Source: Deltaproteobacteria bacterium (GTDB lineage: Bacteria > Desulfobacterota > JADFXK01). Taken from it: 43,608 bases of DNA. Shown in pieces: positions 26,944 to 36,246 of this stretch. The first letter of the stretch is position 1, and each line of letters begins with the position of its first letter. Location of the stretch: assembly GCA_015233055.1 (NCBI GenBank), contig JADFYN010000005.1:1-43608 (forward strand), read 5' to 3'. The notes under the pieces were generated by a model, which was not told the DNA's origin, searched no databases, and saw only the letters and a list, made by a program, of their open reading frames with translations. The translations under genes were made by a program, and so were the position numbers.

Positions 26944-27287
26944 TCGTTAAAACCGTCTAGACTCTTAATTAAGTCATCCACCGTTTCAAAAGGCCCATAA
27001 ATTAGTCCCTCGGCGATATCTCGATCAGCTTCTTTTTCCTTTTCCTGCCACTCCTTAGTCCAAAACCATTTCTGATCTTCCGGCACATTCTTGGGCATAT
27101 AGTTTACAAAGATAGAGGAATCATCACTATCGGTTCTGGGATACTCCTTCTGATGAAGATATTGGAGCAAGGCTTCTCTCAAAAGCTCGCTTCGGGTGCG
27201 GCCCTCCTCTTTGGCCAATTTATCAATTTTTGCCAGGAATTCAGGCCGGACAGAGGTAGTGATTGGTTTGGTCCTTCTCATTTTCAT
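26940..27287 (-). CDS. ribbon-helix-helix (CopG-like) antitoxin
   Basis: TSVRPEFLAKIDKLAKEEGRTRSELLREALLQYL fits the RHH pattern. The gene is translationally coupled to the toxin. Confidence 0.8.
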   Translation of the reverse strand: MKMRRTKPITTSVRPEFLAKIDKLAKEEGRTRSELLREALLQYLHQKEYPRTDSDDSSIFVNYMPKNVPEDQKWFWTKEWQEKEKEADRDIAEGLIYGPFETVDDLIKSLDGFNE

Positions 27288-27328
27288 GACCCTATGAAAG
27301 AAATTAACATTTAACCCAGCTAACTATA

Positions 27329-27358
27329 ATTATATCATGACTGTAGAAAAAATGTCAA
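27329..27358 (-). promoter_or_regulatory. near-consensus sigma70 promoter of the TA operon
   Basis: The minus strand reads TTGACA (27358-27353), an 18-nt spacer, then TATAAT (27334-27329). It lies ~40 nt upstream of the antitoxin ATG. Confidence 0.6.
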
Positions 27359-27428
27359 CGGAAATGGAATCTCTTGTCAGGAAAGCAAACCAGCAACCGG
27401 CAACTCACAACACCCAACCCGTAACCCG

Positions 27429-28382
27429 TTACTCCTCATGCTGCATAAGCACCTTAATCACGCCCTTTTGCCAGGCGAAGTCGAAGGCCTGTTCGGCCTC
27501 CCGAAAGGAGAAAACCCGGGTGATCAACGGCGTAACCTCGATCAACCCCCGGCTGAGGAGGGCCAGGGCCGGAGCAAAGGGGCCGCACCGGGAACCCACC
27601 AGAGTCACTTCATTCACCACCACCCGAGTCATGTCCAGGAGCACCGGCTTGATGTGGGTGCTTTTCACGAAAATCAGGCCTCGTGGTTTAATGGCGTCCA
27701 ACGCCGTGCTCAATCCCGGGACCGACCCAGACGCTTCCACCACGACATCAAAGCCCTTTTCCTCAAAGCCCTCTCTCTGATGAGTGATGACACCGACGTG
27801 GCGGACGATGTCCAGCTTGTCTTCATGCCGCCCCACCAGATGGACCTCGGCCCCGGTCAGGCGAAGCACCTGGGCGGCCAACAACCCGATGCGGCCATCT
27901 CCGACGACCAGGGCGCGGGAGGTCGGCCGGATGTGAACCTGATCGGGCATCTCCACCATGGCGGCCAACGGTTCGGTAAACACCGCCGTGGCATTGGGGA
28001 CCTGATCCGGGACCAGGTGCAGGTTGGCTTCAGGTAGCACCAGGTAGTCGGCGAAGCAACCTGGCCGGCCCAGGATGCCGATGGCTGTGCGGGAGGGGCA
28101 ATGCCGGGCATCAAATTTCCGACACTGGTCGCACCGGCCGCATCCCACGTTGATCTCTCCGACCACCCGGCGTCCGATCAGGCTGTGGTCATCCGCCTCC
28201 TCCACCCGGCCGACAAATTCATGACCCAGCACTCCGGAAAAGCCGTGGTACCCTTGGGTCAGCTCGAAATCAGTCCGGCAAAAACCACTCATTAATACCT
28301 TGACCAGGGCCTCGCCCGCCGGTCGGATCGGCCGAGGGACTTCCCGCAGTGATAATTTTCCGTCGTACACCAACCCCAACAT
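27429..28382 (-). CDS. zinc-dependent alcohol dehydrogenase family (MDR) protein
   Basis: GHEFVGRV is the catalytic Zn ligand context, CGRCDQCR..C is the structural Zn site, and VVGDGRIGLLAAQ is the Rossmann motif. Confidence 0.88.
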   Translation of the reverse strand: MLGLVYDGKLSLREVPRPIRPAGEALVKVLMSGFCRTDFELTQGYHGFSGVLGHEFVGRVEEADDHSLIGRRVVGEINVGCGRCDQCRKFDARHCPSRTAIGILGRPGCFADYLVLPEANLHLVPDQVPNATAVFTEPLAAMVEMPDQVHIRPTSRALVVGDGRIGLLAAQVLRLTGAEVHLVGRHEDKLDIVRHVGVITHQREGFEEKGFDVVVEASGSVPGLSTALDAIKPRGLIFVKSTHIKPVLLDMTRVVVNEVTLVGSRCGPFAPALALLSRGLIEVTPLITRVFSFREAEQAFDFAWQKGVIKVLMQHEE

Positions 28383-28428
28383 ATCAGTATCTCCCGATGA
28401 TTTCGTATTTAATGCCGGCCATGGCGGC

Positions 28429-29745
28429 TTACAGCCAGGTCTTCATTTTGGCCCCGATGGCCCTGGCTTCGGCCATGATTGCGCCTTGATCCAAGGTCAG
28501 GATCCGACCGTTTTCCATAACCAGCCGGCCGTTGATGATGACTGTAGTTACTTCTCCCCCTGTCGCGGAATAGACCAGATGAGACGGAAGATTGTACAAC
28601 GGGGTGAGGTGGGGGTGATCCATGTCGAGAATAATCACGTCGGCTTTTTTGCCTTTTTCCAGGCTCCCGATCTGATGAGCCAGGCCAACAGCCGCCGCGG
28701 AGCCGTTGGTGGCCAAATCCAGGACTGCCCCGGCCCCCATCACCGTTGGATCTTTAGCCGCCAACTTGTGGAGTTTCGCTGTAATATCCATTTCCTGGAA
28801 CATATTCAAGTTGTTGTTACTGGCGCAGCCGTCCGTACCCAGGCCGACGGCCATCCCTCGCTGGAGCATCTTGGGCACCGGGGCTACTCCATTGGCCAGC
28901 TTCATATTGCTTTCCGGATTGTGGGCCACCCGGACCTGCCGCTCCGCGAGTAAGTCCAGCTCTTCATCGGATACGGCGACCACGTGATCAGCCAAAAGGT
29001 GAGGGCCCAGGACGCCCAATCGTTCCAGATGGCGGATCGGAGTGGCGCCGTGTTGTTCCAACGACTGGGCCACTTCTGCCTCGGACTCGGACAGATGGGT
29101 GATCATCATCACATTCTCACGTCTGGCCATGTCCATGGCTTTTAGAAACAGGTCTTCGCCGCAGGTATAAACGGAATGGGGTTCAATGGCGGGCGTGATG
29201 AGATCGTGGCCCCTATATTCCTGGATAAGCTCTAGAGTGTAGTCGAATCCGCGTTCAATCGGCCCGTAGTTCGGTGAAGGAAAGTCGTAGATGACCTCAC
29301 CCACAACTGCCCGGACTCCAGCCTTTTCCGCGGCTTTGGCGACTTCCTTTTCAAATAGATACATGTCACAAAAAGTGGTAGTGCCGGACTTGATCATTTC
29401 TAAACAGGCCAGTAGGGAACCGATATAAACAGTGTGTCCATCGAGTCGGGCCTCTCCAGGGAAGATGTAGTTGTTCAGCCACTCCATCAGCGGAAGATCA
29501 TCGGCCAGGCCTCGGAACAAGGTCATGGCCGCATGGGTATGGGCATTGATTAGACCGGGCATAACCAGGTGGCCCTGGGCCGGGATAATATACTTTGGTT
29601 TCAGGTGGGGGGGCGGTTCCCCAGGCCCAACATCGGTGATAACATCTCCAGTGATGGCCAGGTAGCCTGGTTGATAAGTGTTTCCGTGGCCATCGAGGGT
29701 TAGGACGGCACCGGATTTGATCAGGATATCGCAAGTGGTTTCCAT
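28429..29745 (-). CDS. mtaD: amidohydrolase, 5-methylthioadenosine/S-adenosylhomocysteine deaminase-like
   Basis: Motifs are PGLINAHTHAAMTLFRGLADDLPLMEWL, HLSES, and GTDGCASNN. Confidence 0.85.
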   Translation of the reverse strand: METTCDILIKSGAVLTLDGHGNTYQPGYLAITGDVITDVGPGEPPPHLKPKYIIPAQGHLVMPGLINAHTHAAMTLFRGLADDLPLMEWLNNYIFPGEARLDGHTVYIGSLLACLEMIKSGTTTFCDMYLFEKEVAKAAEKAGVRAVVGEVIYDFPSPNYGPIERGFDYTLELIQEYRGHDLITPAIEPHSVYTCGEDLFLKAMDMARRENVMMITHLSESEAEVAQSLEQHGATPIRHLERLGVLGPHLLADHVVAVSDEELDLLAERQVRVAHNPESNMKLANGVAPVPKMLQRGMAVGLGTDGCASNNNLNMFQEMDITAKLHKLAAKDPTVMGAGAVLDLATNGSAAAVGLAHQIGSLEKGKKADVIILDMDHPHLTPLYNLPSHLVYSATGGEVTTVIINGRLVMENGRILTLDQGAIMAEARAIGAKMKTWL

Positions 29746-30039
29746 ATGATGTGGCTCCGTTATATTATTTAGTCAAGAATTGGAGAAAAAGCCTAACCGT
29801 GAAAGTCGCCATCAATACCAGCGGCGACCCTTTGAGGTTACAAATCATCATTTTAATATAACACATAAAACGTCCTAATAGAATGAATGTAAAAATATAA
29901 TAAATATAATCAATAAGGTACATGCTAATTGTGTGATAAAATGCAGTTATTGTGTTATGTTACATAATCCACACTTATTATTTCATGTAGTATTATCAAG
30001 CTATATTAATATGTTAATTGACAACGACCCTTTTTACTG

Positions 30040-30068
30040 TTGACATCTGGTACGGTAACTAGTATACA
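30040..30068 (+). promoter_or_regulatory. candidate sigma70 promoter for the transglycosylase gene in a very AT-rich divergent intergenic region
   Basis: TTGACA (30040-45), a 17-nt spacer, then TATACA (30063-68). The -10 element lacks the conserved final T, so this is weak. Confidence 0.35.
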
Positions 30069-30124
30069 TGGACACTCCTTGACCATTAAGCCGCTTAATA
30101 AAATCACGGCAAAGGAGGTTATTA

Positions 30125-30871
30125 ATGGCGAATATTAGTGTTAATCGACTTAAATTATTTGTGCTTATTGTTCTTTTTACCCCGGTTGTCTTTCTCGGCC
30201 ACTTTACCATGTCTCCGGTAAAGTCCCAGGCCAATGAACCCCGCTCACACCACCCCAAAAGCATCGTTGGCTCCGCTCATTTAGAGGAGTTGACCGAGCG
30301 AAAGTCCGAATTATCCCTTCGCAAGACCAAAACCAAAACCAAGATCAACGGCAAGCTCAAAACCAAGTCAAACGGTAAAAGAAAAAAAAGTGCCAGGCGA
30401 CTCAGCCCCAGTGTTGGGACCGATCCGTCAGCGGCCATTGACCTGGTCATCCGCCAGGCGGCAGCTAAATACGGCCTGGAGCCTTCTCTCATTCGGGCCA
30501 TAATTAAGGCCGAATCCGAATTTGACCCCAGGGCTCTCTCGCCTTACGGGGCCAAGGGGTTGATGCAATTGATGCCCGGAACTGCGGCCGCCTTGGGTGT
30601 GAAGGATGTGTATTGTCCCATCCAAAACATCAAAGCCGGGGCCAGGCATTACAGAAGATTGTTAACCACCTTTAGAGGTGATCACATCTCAGCATTGGCG
30701 GCATATAATATTGGGAAGGTCAGGGTGTTGAGATATGGTATCCCGCCGGGGGTACGGCGGGACTTTGTCCAAAAGGTTCTGGCTTATCAGCGGCAGTATT
30801 CCAGGCGGGATGCGGCCACAGATTCAATGCGCACTTTCGCCGGGTTGCCAGATGCAAAAGTTCTTGATTAG
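30125..30871 (+). CDS. lytic transglycosylase (SLT domain) protein
   Basis: AAAGGAGG Shine-Dalgarno and an N-terminal anchor are present. AIIKAESEFDPRALSPYGAKGLMQLMPGTA carries the catalytic Glu, and AAYNIG is also present. Confidence 0.88.
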   Translation: MANISVNRLKLFVLIVLFTPVVFLGHFTMSPVKSQANEPRSHHPKSIVGSAHLEELTERKSELSLRKTKTKTKINGKLKTKSNGKRKKSARRLSPSVGTDPSAAIDLVIRQAAAKYGLEPSLIRAIIKAESEFDPRALSPYGAKGLMQLMPGTAAALGVKDVYCPIQNIKAGARHYRRLLTTFRGDHISALAAYNIGKVRVLRYGIPPGVRRDFVQKVLAYQRQYSRRDAATDSMRTFAGLPDAKVLD

Positions 30872-31465
30872 GGTCAGACCGGGAGGGCCGCTCTTCTCGG
30901 GATGGAATTGTACGGCAATAAGATTGTCCCGCCCCAGGGCTGAAGCAAACTCAATTCCGTGTAAGGTTTTGGCCAGAGTCAAGGACTGGTCGGCCGGGAC
31001 AGGAAAGTAAGTGTGCACAAAGTAGAATTCGCTCTCCGGCGGGATTCCCTGAAAAATAGGGTGAGGCCGGGTCAGCACGGCCCGATTCCAACCCATGTGT
31101 GGGATCTTCAATCGCCCGCCCGCCTGGTCCATTAGAGGTGAAGGGAACGACCTGACCTGTCCTTTGATCACCCCCAGGCACTCGGTGTCGTTTTCTTCAC
31201 TATATTCCATGATTATTTGGGTGCCCAAACAGATACCCAGGACCGGTTTATTTTGGGCCACCGCGTCTCGAATGGTCTCGGCCAGCCCCAACTCTTTCAG
31301 GTCTTTCATCGCCCTACCGGCCGCCCCCACCCCAGGAAAGATAACCCGGGCCGCGGCCAGGATTTCCCTCCGGTCTGAGGTGATCTTTGCTTCAAATCCA
31401 AGTTTGTTCACCGCCCGCAGCACACTGGTCAAGTTCCCGGCGCGGTAGTCAATAATGGCAATCAC
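30824..31465 (-). CDS. hisH: imidazole glycerol phosphate synthase, glutamine amidotransferase subunit
   Basis: Motifs are MIAIIDYRAGNLTSV, GICLGTQ (catalytic Cys) and VQFHPEKS. Confidence 0.9.
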   Translation of the reverse strand: MIAIIDYRAGNLTSVLRAVNKLGFEAKITSDRREILAAARVIFPGVGAAGRAMKDLKELGLAETIRDAVAQNKPVLGICLGTQIIMEYSEENDTECLGVIKGQVRSFPSPLMDQAGGRLKIPHMGWNRAVLTRPHPIFQGIPPESEFYFVHTYFPVPADQSLTLAKTLHGIEFASALGRDNLIAVQFHPEKSGPPGLTLIKNFCIWQPGESAH

Positions 31466-31480
31466 CGTTCGTTTCCTTTT

Positions 31481-32329
31481 CTAATACTTATAAAAACCAC
31501 GGCCGGTCTTCACTCCCAAATACCCTGCGTCAACGTACTTTTTGAGCAAGGGACACGGCCGATATTTGGGGTCTCCCAGGCCTGAATGCAAAACCTCTAA
31601 AATGGCCAAACAAGTGTCCAGTCCGATCAGGTCGGCCAGGGCCAGAGGCCCCATGGGATGGTTCATGCCCAGCTTCATCACGGCGTCAATCGCCTCGGCC
31701 GTGCCCACGCCCTCATACAGGGTGTAAACGGCCTCGTTGATCATGGGCATAAGCACCCGGTTGGCGATAAATCCCGGAAAATCATTGGCCTCCACCGGAG
31801 TCTTGCCGAATTTGAGGGACAAGGCATTAGTCAACTCCAACGTCTCTTGATCCGTGGCCAGGCCCTTAATAACCTCCACCAGCTTCATCACCGGAACGGG
31901 ATTCATAAAGTGCATTCCAATGACTTTTTCGGGCCGCTTGGTGGCCGAAGCGATTTTGGTAATGGAAATGGATGAAGTGTTGCTGGACAAGACTACTCCG
32001 GGCCGGACGATCTGATCCAACTGCCTAAAAATATCCAGCTTGAGGGCCAGGTTTTCGGTCGCTGCTTCAACCACGAAATCGGCTTCCGTCATGGCGGCCA
32101 GATCTGTAACGCCGGCAATTCGGCCCATGATATCACTCTTTACAGCGGCGGAGATTTTTTCTTTCTTAACCATCCGGTCCAAGCTTTTCTCAATGGCCCC
32201 TTTTCCTCGGGCGACGAACTCTTCCTTGATGTCACTCATGATCACTTTTAATCCCGCCGCCGCAGCCACCTGGGCGATGCCCGACCCCATTTGGCCGGAT
32301 CCAACTACGCCAAAGACTTTAACCTCCAT
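31481..32329 (-). CDS. hbd: 3-hydroxybutyryl-CoA dehydrogenase
   Basis: The ATG at 32329 lies 6 nt after [20 protein letters not shown] is the NAD-binding motif, and [15 protein letters not shown] and [11 protein letters not shown] are also present. Confidence 0.9.
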   Translation of the reverse strand: MEVKVFGVVGSGQMGSGIAQVAAAAGLKVIMSDIKEEFVARGKGAIEKSLDRMVKKEKISAAVKSDIMGRIAGVTDLAAMTEADFVVEAATENLALKLDIFRQLDQIVRPGVVLSSNTSSISITKIASATKRPEKVIGMHFMNPVPVMKLVEVIKGLATDQETLELTNALSLKFGKTPVEANDFPGFIANRVLMPMINEAVYTLYEGVGTAEAIDAVMKLGMNHPMGPLALADLIGLDTCLAILEVLHSGLGDPKYRPCPLLKKYVDAGYLGVKTGRGFYKY

Positions 32330-32480
32330 CACTATCTCCTTTTGTTTGTTTTTTTCAAAATCTGATTAGATGATCGTAGCCGTCTGGAATCTGATTTTTC
32401 CATTTGGTCAACAAAAAAAGTGTAAGGCTGAATACGTCGATATTTATAGAAAAACGCCTGGCCCTCATGACTATTTTTAG

Positions 32481-34106
32481 TTACTCAAAGCCATCCCAGG
32501 CGGGCAGGGCGGTTCCCGGCCGAACCGGCGGCCTCAATCGGATCGAAAAGATGAACGTGGCCACCATGACCAGGGCCGTACCGCTGATGATCCAGGGCCT
32601 GGCCAGACTCTTTACATTCAGGGGGAGCGCCGGCGTAGTGACCGGATCGATCTGCCAGAAGAATACGGCCAACAACAGGCCGACGGCAAAATTGGCCCAG
32701 ATCATGGCCATGCCCGGGATCGGAGGACTACCCCATTCATCCGGTTGTCTAGTCCAACGGCCGATCATCTGGAGGAAAGCCACCACGAGCAGGCTGACGG
32801 CAAAAACCTGGCCGTCGAACATCTTATGGGAAATATGGAAGAGAAGAACACAAAAGGCGAACAAACCGATGAACGTCCGCCAGGCTCGAAATTTGAGGTC
32901 CCTGATCTCGTGTTCGGAAAGCTCGGGGTCAGCTTCTTTTCCGTTCCCAAACCCGACGTAAGCTTCGCCGAATATCCCTGAAGAACCAAACACGGTCATG
33001 AGCGGCAGAATTAGCCCAAGGCAGTCCAGGAAGGCCCGGTACGGATAACCTCCCAGGGTCCCGGCCAGAAAGGACACGATAAAGCCGGGCAGGGCGCATT
33101 CGGCCAGGGCGCGGCCGGGGCGGTTCACCGTGATGCCGGCCGTCGTCGGGGAATCAGGACGGTTAATCCAGAAAGCTATGATCGAGGCCGATACCCATGA
33201 ACCGGCGGCCAGCATATAAGTCATCGGCGGCAAGGTCTGGACTGAATCGACGGCCATGACAAAGCTGGTTATCGCCAGACCCAGTCCTCCGGCCAGAGCC
33301 GCGGCCCGTCTTAATCCTACAAGTTGGCCGGAGTTGTGTAATCTGTGTTTATCAGGGAAATACATAGACAAAAGCAACAAGGCCAGACCGCCTAAGACAA
33401 ACAGGGCTGCGGCTATTTTGGCGTCGGAATAGACATACAGATGAACCGTATAACTGAACAAGGCAAAGGGGATGAGATGATAACAGACCACCTTTAAGAA
33501 GGTCCGGTAAGGCAACTGAGATTGTTCCCCGCACAGAATAGCGATGCCGCCTGCTCCGCCCAAAAACACGTTAATCGGCAAGATCAACAGCAAAAGAATA
33601 ATGTTCTGTTCGTTCAAAGTGAACCTGATCGGCAGGCGATGGACAACGGTCTGTATCTTCCGCCCCAACTTATTTCGCTGGAAATAAAGCTCCATTAACT
33701 GAAAAAGCGGCGGAATTTGTTCTCCATCAGACAGGTGGTTTTTTTTCAGAATCTTGCCCACCTGCCGCTCGAATAGATTCATCAGGATGGGAGAATGCTT
33801 GCCCAGGAGATAGCCTAAGGATAGAAACAGGCAAGTGGACACGTAGGTGGCGACGATCCCGACCAGCCCGGTTAAGGACATAAGAGCCGTGGCAATCCCG
33901 CCGCCATTGACATATGGAATAGCCAGGGCGACACCATAGACAAGACTGATCTGGACTATCCGCCAGGGCTCAAATCTCAGGTTCTGGATCAAGAATTCTA
34001 TCTTCTGGCCGAAAGAGTGTCCCGGTACGTCTGCGATGATGTACCAGAGCATCAGCCCCAGGAGAAACCAGGTTCCGATAGTTGTCAACAAATTTCTTAT
34101 TTTCAT
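32481..34106 (-). CDS. uncharacterised polytopic membrane protein, paralogue A
   Basis: This 541-aa protein has at least 10 hydrophobic segments by eye. I recognise no family motif. It is colinear with the upstream paralogue at roughly three-quarters identity by eye. Confidence 0.8.
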   Translation of the reverse strand: MKIRNLLTTIGTWFLLGLMLWYIIADVPGHSFGQKIEFLIQNLRFEPWRIVQISLVYGVALAIPYVNGGGIATALMSLTGLVGIVATYVSTCLFLSLGYLLGKHSPILMNLFERQVGKILKKNHLSDGEQIPPLFQLMELYFQRNKLGRKIQTVVHRLPIRFTLNEQNIILLLLILPINVFLGGAGGIAILCGEQSQLPYRTFLKVVCYHLIPFALFSYTVHLYVYSDAKIAAALFVLGGLALLLLSMYFPDKHRLHNSGQLVGLRRAAALAGGLGLAITSFVMAVDSVQTLPPMTYMLAAGSWVSASIIAFWINRPDSPTTAGITVNRPGRALAECALPGFIVSFLAGTLGGYPYRAFLDCLGLILPLMTVFGSSGIFGEAYVGFGNGKEADPELSEHEIRDLKFRAWRTFIGLFAFCVLLFHISHKMFDGQVFAVSLLVVAFLQMIGRWTRQPDEWGSPPIPGMAMIWANFAVGLLLAVFFWQIDPVTTPALPLNVKSLARPWIISGTALVMVATFIFSIRLRPPVRPGTALPAWDGFE

Positions 34107-34229
34107 CTTCGCTTACGGTGAACACCGCCCCTTTTTTTTGTCGGCTGCGGCCGAGGTGGTCATCCCTGGCCGGCAACGTGGCTGATCCGGCCGGAGATGT
34201 GAAATTTGTTTGCTGTTTTAGTACAACAG

Positions 34230-35882
34230 TTAGTGATTTTCTTTAACTGTGACTCGCTGACCGTCCCACTCGGGCAGGGCGGTCCCTTGACTTGCCGGGG
34301 GTCTTAACCGGACCGAAAATATGAATGTGGCCGACATGGCCAAGACTGTGCCGCTGATTATCCAGGGATTGGCCACCAAGCTGGATGCATCCAGGTGTGT
34401 GGCCGGCGTGGTGACCTGGTTGACCCGCCAAAAAAAGACGGCCAATAGCAACCCTGCCGTGATATGGGCCCAGCTCATGACCAGGGCCGGGGTTCCAAAC
34501 CAGCCGCTCGGTCGTTCATCCAGACGAGTCGACTGGCCAATCAGTTGCAAGATGGCTACAACGAGCAGGCTGACGGCAAAGACCTGGCCGTCGTAAACCT
34601 TATGGGATATCTGGAAAAGAAGAACGCAGAAGGCGACCAAACCGATGAAGGTCCGCCAGGCTCGAAATTTGATGTCCTCGATTTCTTCTTCGGAGGGTTT
34701 GTTTTCCGATTCATGTCCGTTCCAATAGACGACGGTTGAGTCACTGAATAGCCCGGAGGAGCCGAAGATGATCATTATGGGCAGGAACAGGCCAAGGCAG
34801 TCCAGAAAAGCCCGATACGGATAATCTCCCAGGGTTCCGGCCAAAATGGCTAAGATAAAGCCGGGTAGGGCGCATTCGGCCAGAGAGTAGCCGTGGTGGC
34901 TCACCCCGATGACGCTTGATGTTACGGAGCCCGGCCGGGTAATCCAGAAAGCCATGATGGAGGCCAGGACCCAAGATCCGGCGGCCAACATGTACGTCAT
35001 CGGCGGTAAAGTCTGGACCGAATCAACAGCCAGAACAAAACTGGTCACGCCCAGGCCAAGCCCTCCGGACAGGGCCGCGGCCCGCTTTAGCCCGACCATC
35101 CAACCGGAATTGCTCAACCGCAATTTATCCGGGAAATACATATACAGAATCAATAAAACCAGGCCGCCTAAGACAAAGATGGCCGCGGCTAGTTTGGCCC
35201 CGGAATAAACGTACAGGTGGATCGTATAACTGAATAAAGCAAAGGGGATCAGGTGATAGCTGACCACCTTTAAAAAAGTCCGATAAGACAATCGTGACTG
35301 TTCACCGCACAAAATGGCGATCCCGCCATCGGCGCCAAGAAGCACGTTAACCGGCAGGACCAGTAATAAAAGTATAATATTCTGTTCGTTTAGATTGAAT
35401 TTGAACGGCAAACGGTTGAGAAAGGTTTGGATCTTCCGTCCGGTCTCATCTCGTTGAAAATATATCTCCATCAATTGGAAAAGCGGCGGAATTTGTTCGC
35501 CTTCGATCAGATGCCGTTTATTTAAAATTCTACTCACCCGGCGTTGGAATAGTCCCACCAGAATGGGGGAATATCGGCCCAGAAAATAGTCGAGGGAGAG
35601 AAACAGGCAAGTGGACACGTAGATGGCGACAATGCCGACCAACCCGGTTAAAGACATGAGAGCCGTGGCAATCCCCCCACCATTGACATAGGGTATGGCC
35701 AGGGCGACGCCATAAACAAAGCTGATTTGAATTATCCGCCAGGGATCAAATTTTAAATCACGGACCAAAAAATGCAGCTTATCAACCAGGGAAGCACCCG
35801 GGACATCGCCTACGATATACCAGAGCATTAACCCAAGGATAAGCCATGTTCCAAAAGTGGTTAATAAATTTCGTATCTTCAT
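34230..35882 (-). CDS. uncharacterised polytopic membrane protein, paralogue B
   Basis: This 550-aa protein has the same N-terminus (MKIRNLLTT.GTW.-LGLMLWYI) and shares conserved blocks with paralogue A (AIPYVNGGGIATALMSLTGLVGIV, KFRAWRTFIGL). Confidence 0.8.
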   Translation of the reverse strand: MKIRNLLTTFGTWLILGLMLWYIVGDVPGASLVDKLHFLVRDLKFDPWRIIQISFVYGVALAIPYVNGGGIATALMSLTGLVGIVAIYVSTCLFLSLDYFLGRYSPILVGLFQRRVSRILNKRHLIEGEQIPPLFQLMEIYFQRDETGRKIQTFLNRLPFKFNLNEQNIILLLLVLPVNVLLGADGGIAILCGEQSRLSYRTFLKVVSYHLIPFALFSYTIHLYVYSGAKLAAAIFVLGGLVLLILYMYFPDKLRLSNSGWMVGLKRAAALSGGLGLGVTSFVLAVDSVQTLPPMTYMLAAGSWVLASIMAFWITRPGSVTSSVIGVSHHGYSLAECALPGFILAILAGTLGDYPYRAFLDCLGLFLPIMIIFGSSGLFSDSTVVYWNGHESENKPSEEEIEDIKFRAWRTFIGLVAFCVLLFQISHKVYDGQVFAVSLLVVAILQLIGQSTRLDERPSGWFGTPALVMSWAHITAGLLLAVFFWRVNQVTTPATHLDASSLVANPWIISGTVLAMSATFIFSVRLRPPASQGTALPEWDGQRVTVKENH

Positions 35883-36246
35883 AGTTGCTTTGCGTTGAGC
35901 CCCGCTCCTCCTTTTTGTCAGCCGCGGCCTTTTGTGATTATCGGTGGCCGGTGATACGGCCAGGCCCGGCTATAGATGTGAGATCCTTCTGATGCTTTCT
36001 CATAATTGAAAACCGAGCAATTAGCAACGAAAAGGTGAAGGGACGAGTTGTGGCGGCCCGCTATCAAAGAGTTATTTTTCATCACCGCGTTCGATTACGG
36101 CCCCGAATCCGTGCGCTCCCGGCAATCCCGGTCTGGATAATGCTGTTTTTCGCAATAATGGTCATGATTGTTTTCATGTTCAGGTCTCCTGGGAGGTATG
36201 CTGTGAGGCGGGGCAAGCTGGACATGTCGGTGGGCCGGAGGAACTT

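Larger units (their letters stand above)
32481..36010 (-). repeat. Tandem gene duplication including ~120-nt 5' leaders
   Basis: The CDS pairs align end to end. The leaders 34107-34229 and 35883-~36005 share blocks (minus strand): TCACATCT, CCGGCCA, GGCCGC.GC.GACAAAAA and CA.CG.AAGC. Confidence 0.85.

Noticed and set aside
27438-28953. Long plus-strand ORFs (199, 217 and 64 aa) antisense to the ADH and mtaD genes
   Set aside because: The minus-strand genes carry unambiguous enzyme motifs. The antisense frames are typical GC-rich shadow ORFs.
29830-30030. Very AT-rich 200-bp stretch with one DnaA-box-like 9-mer (taatccaca, 8/9 match): a possible replication origin?
   Set aside because: There is only a single imperfect box, no cluster, and no dnaA, dnaN or gidA neighbours. 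It is better explained as a divergent promoter region between mtaD and the transglycosylase gene.
30824-31465. hisH without adjacent hisA, hisF or hisB
   Set aside because: Scattered his genes are common in many lineages, and the catalytic triad motifs are intact. This is not evidence of a novel role.
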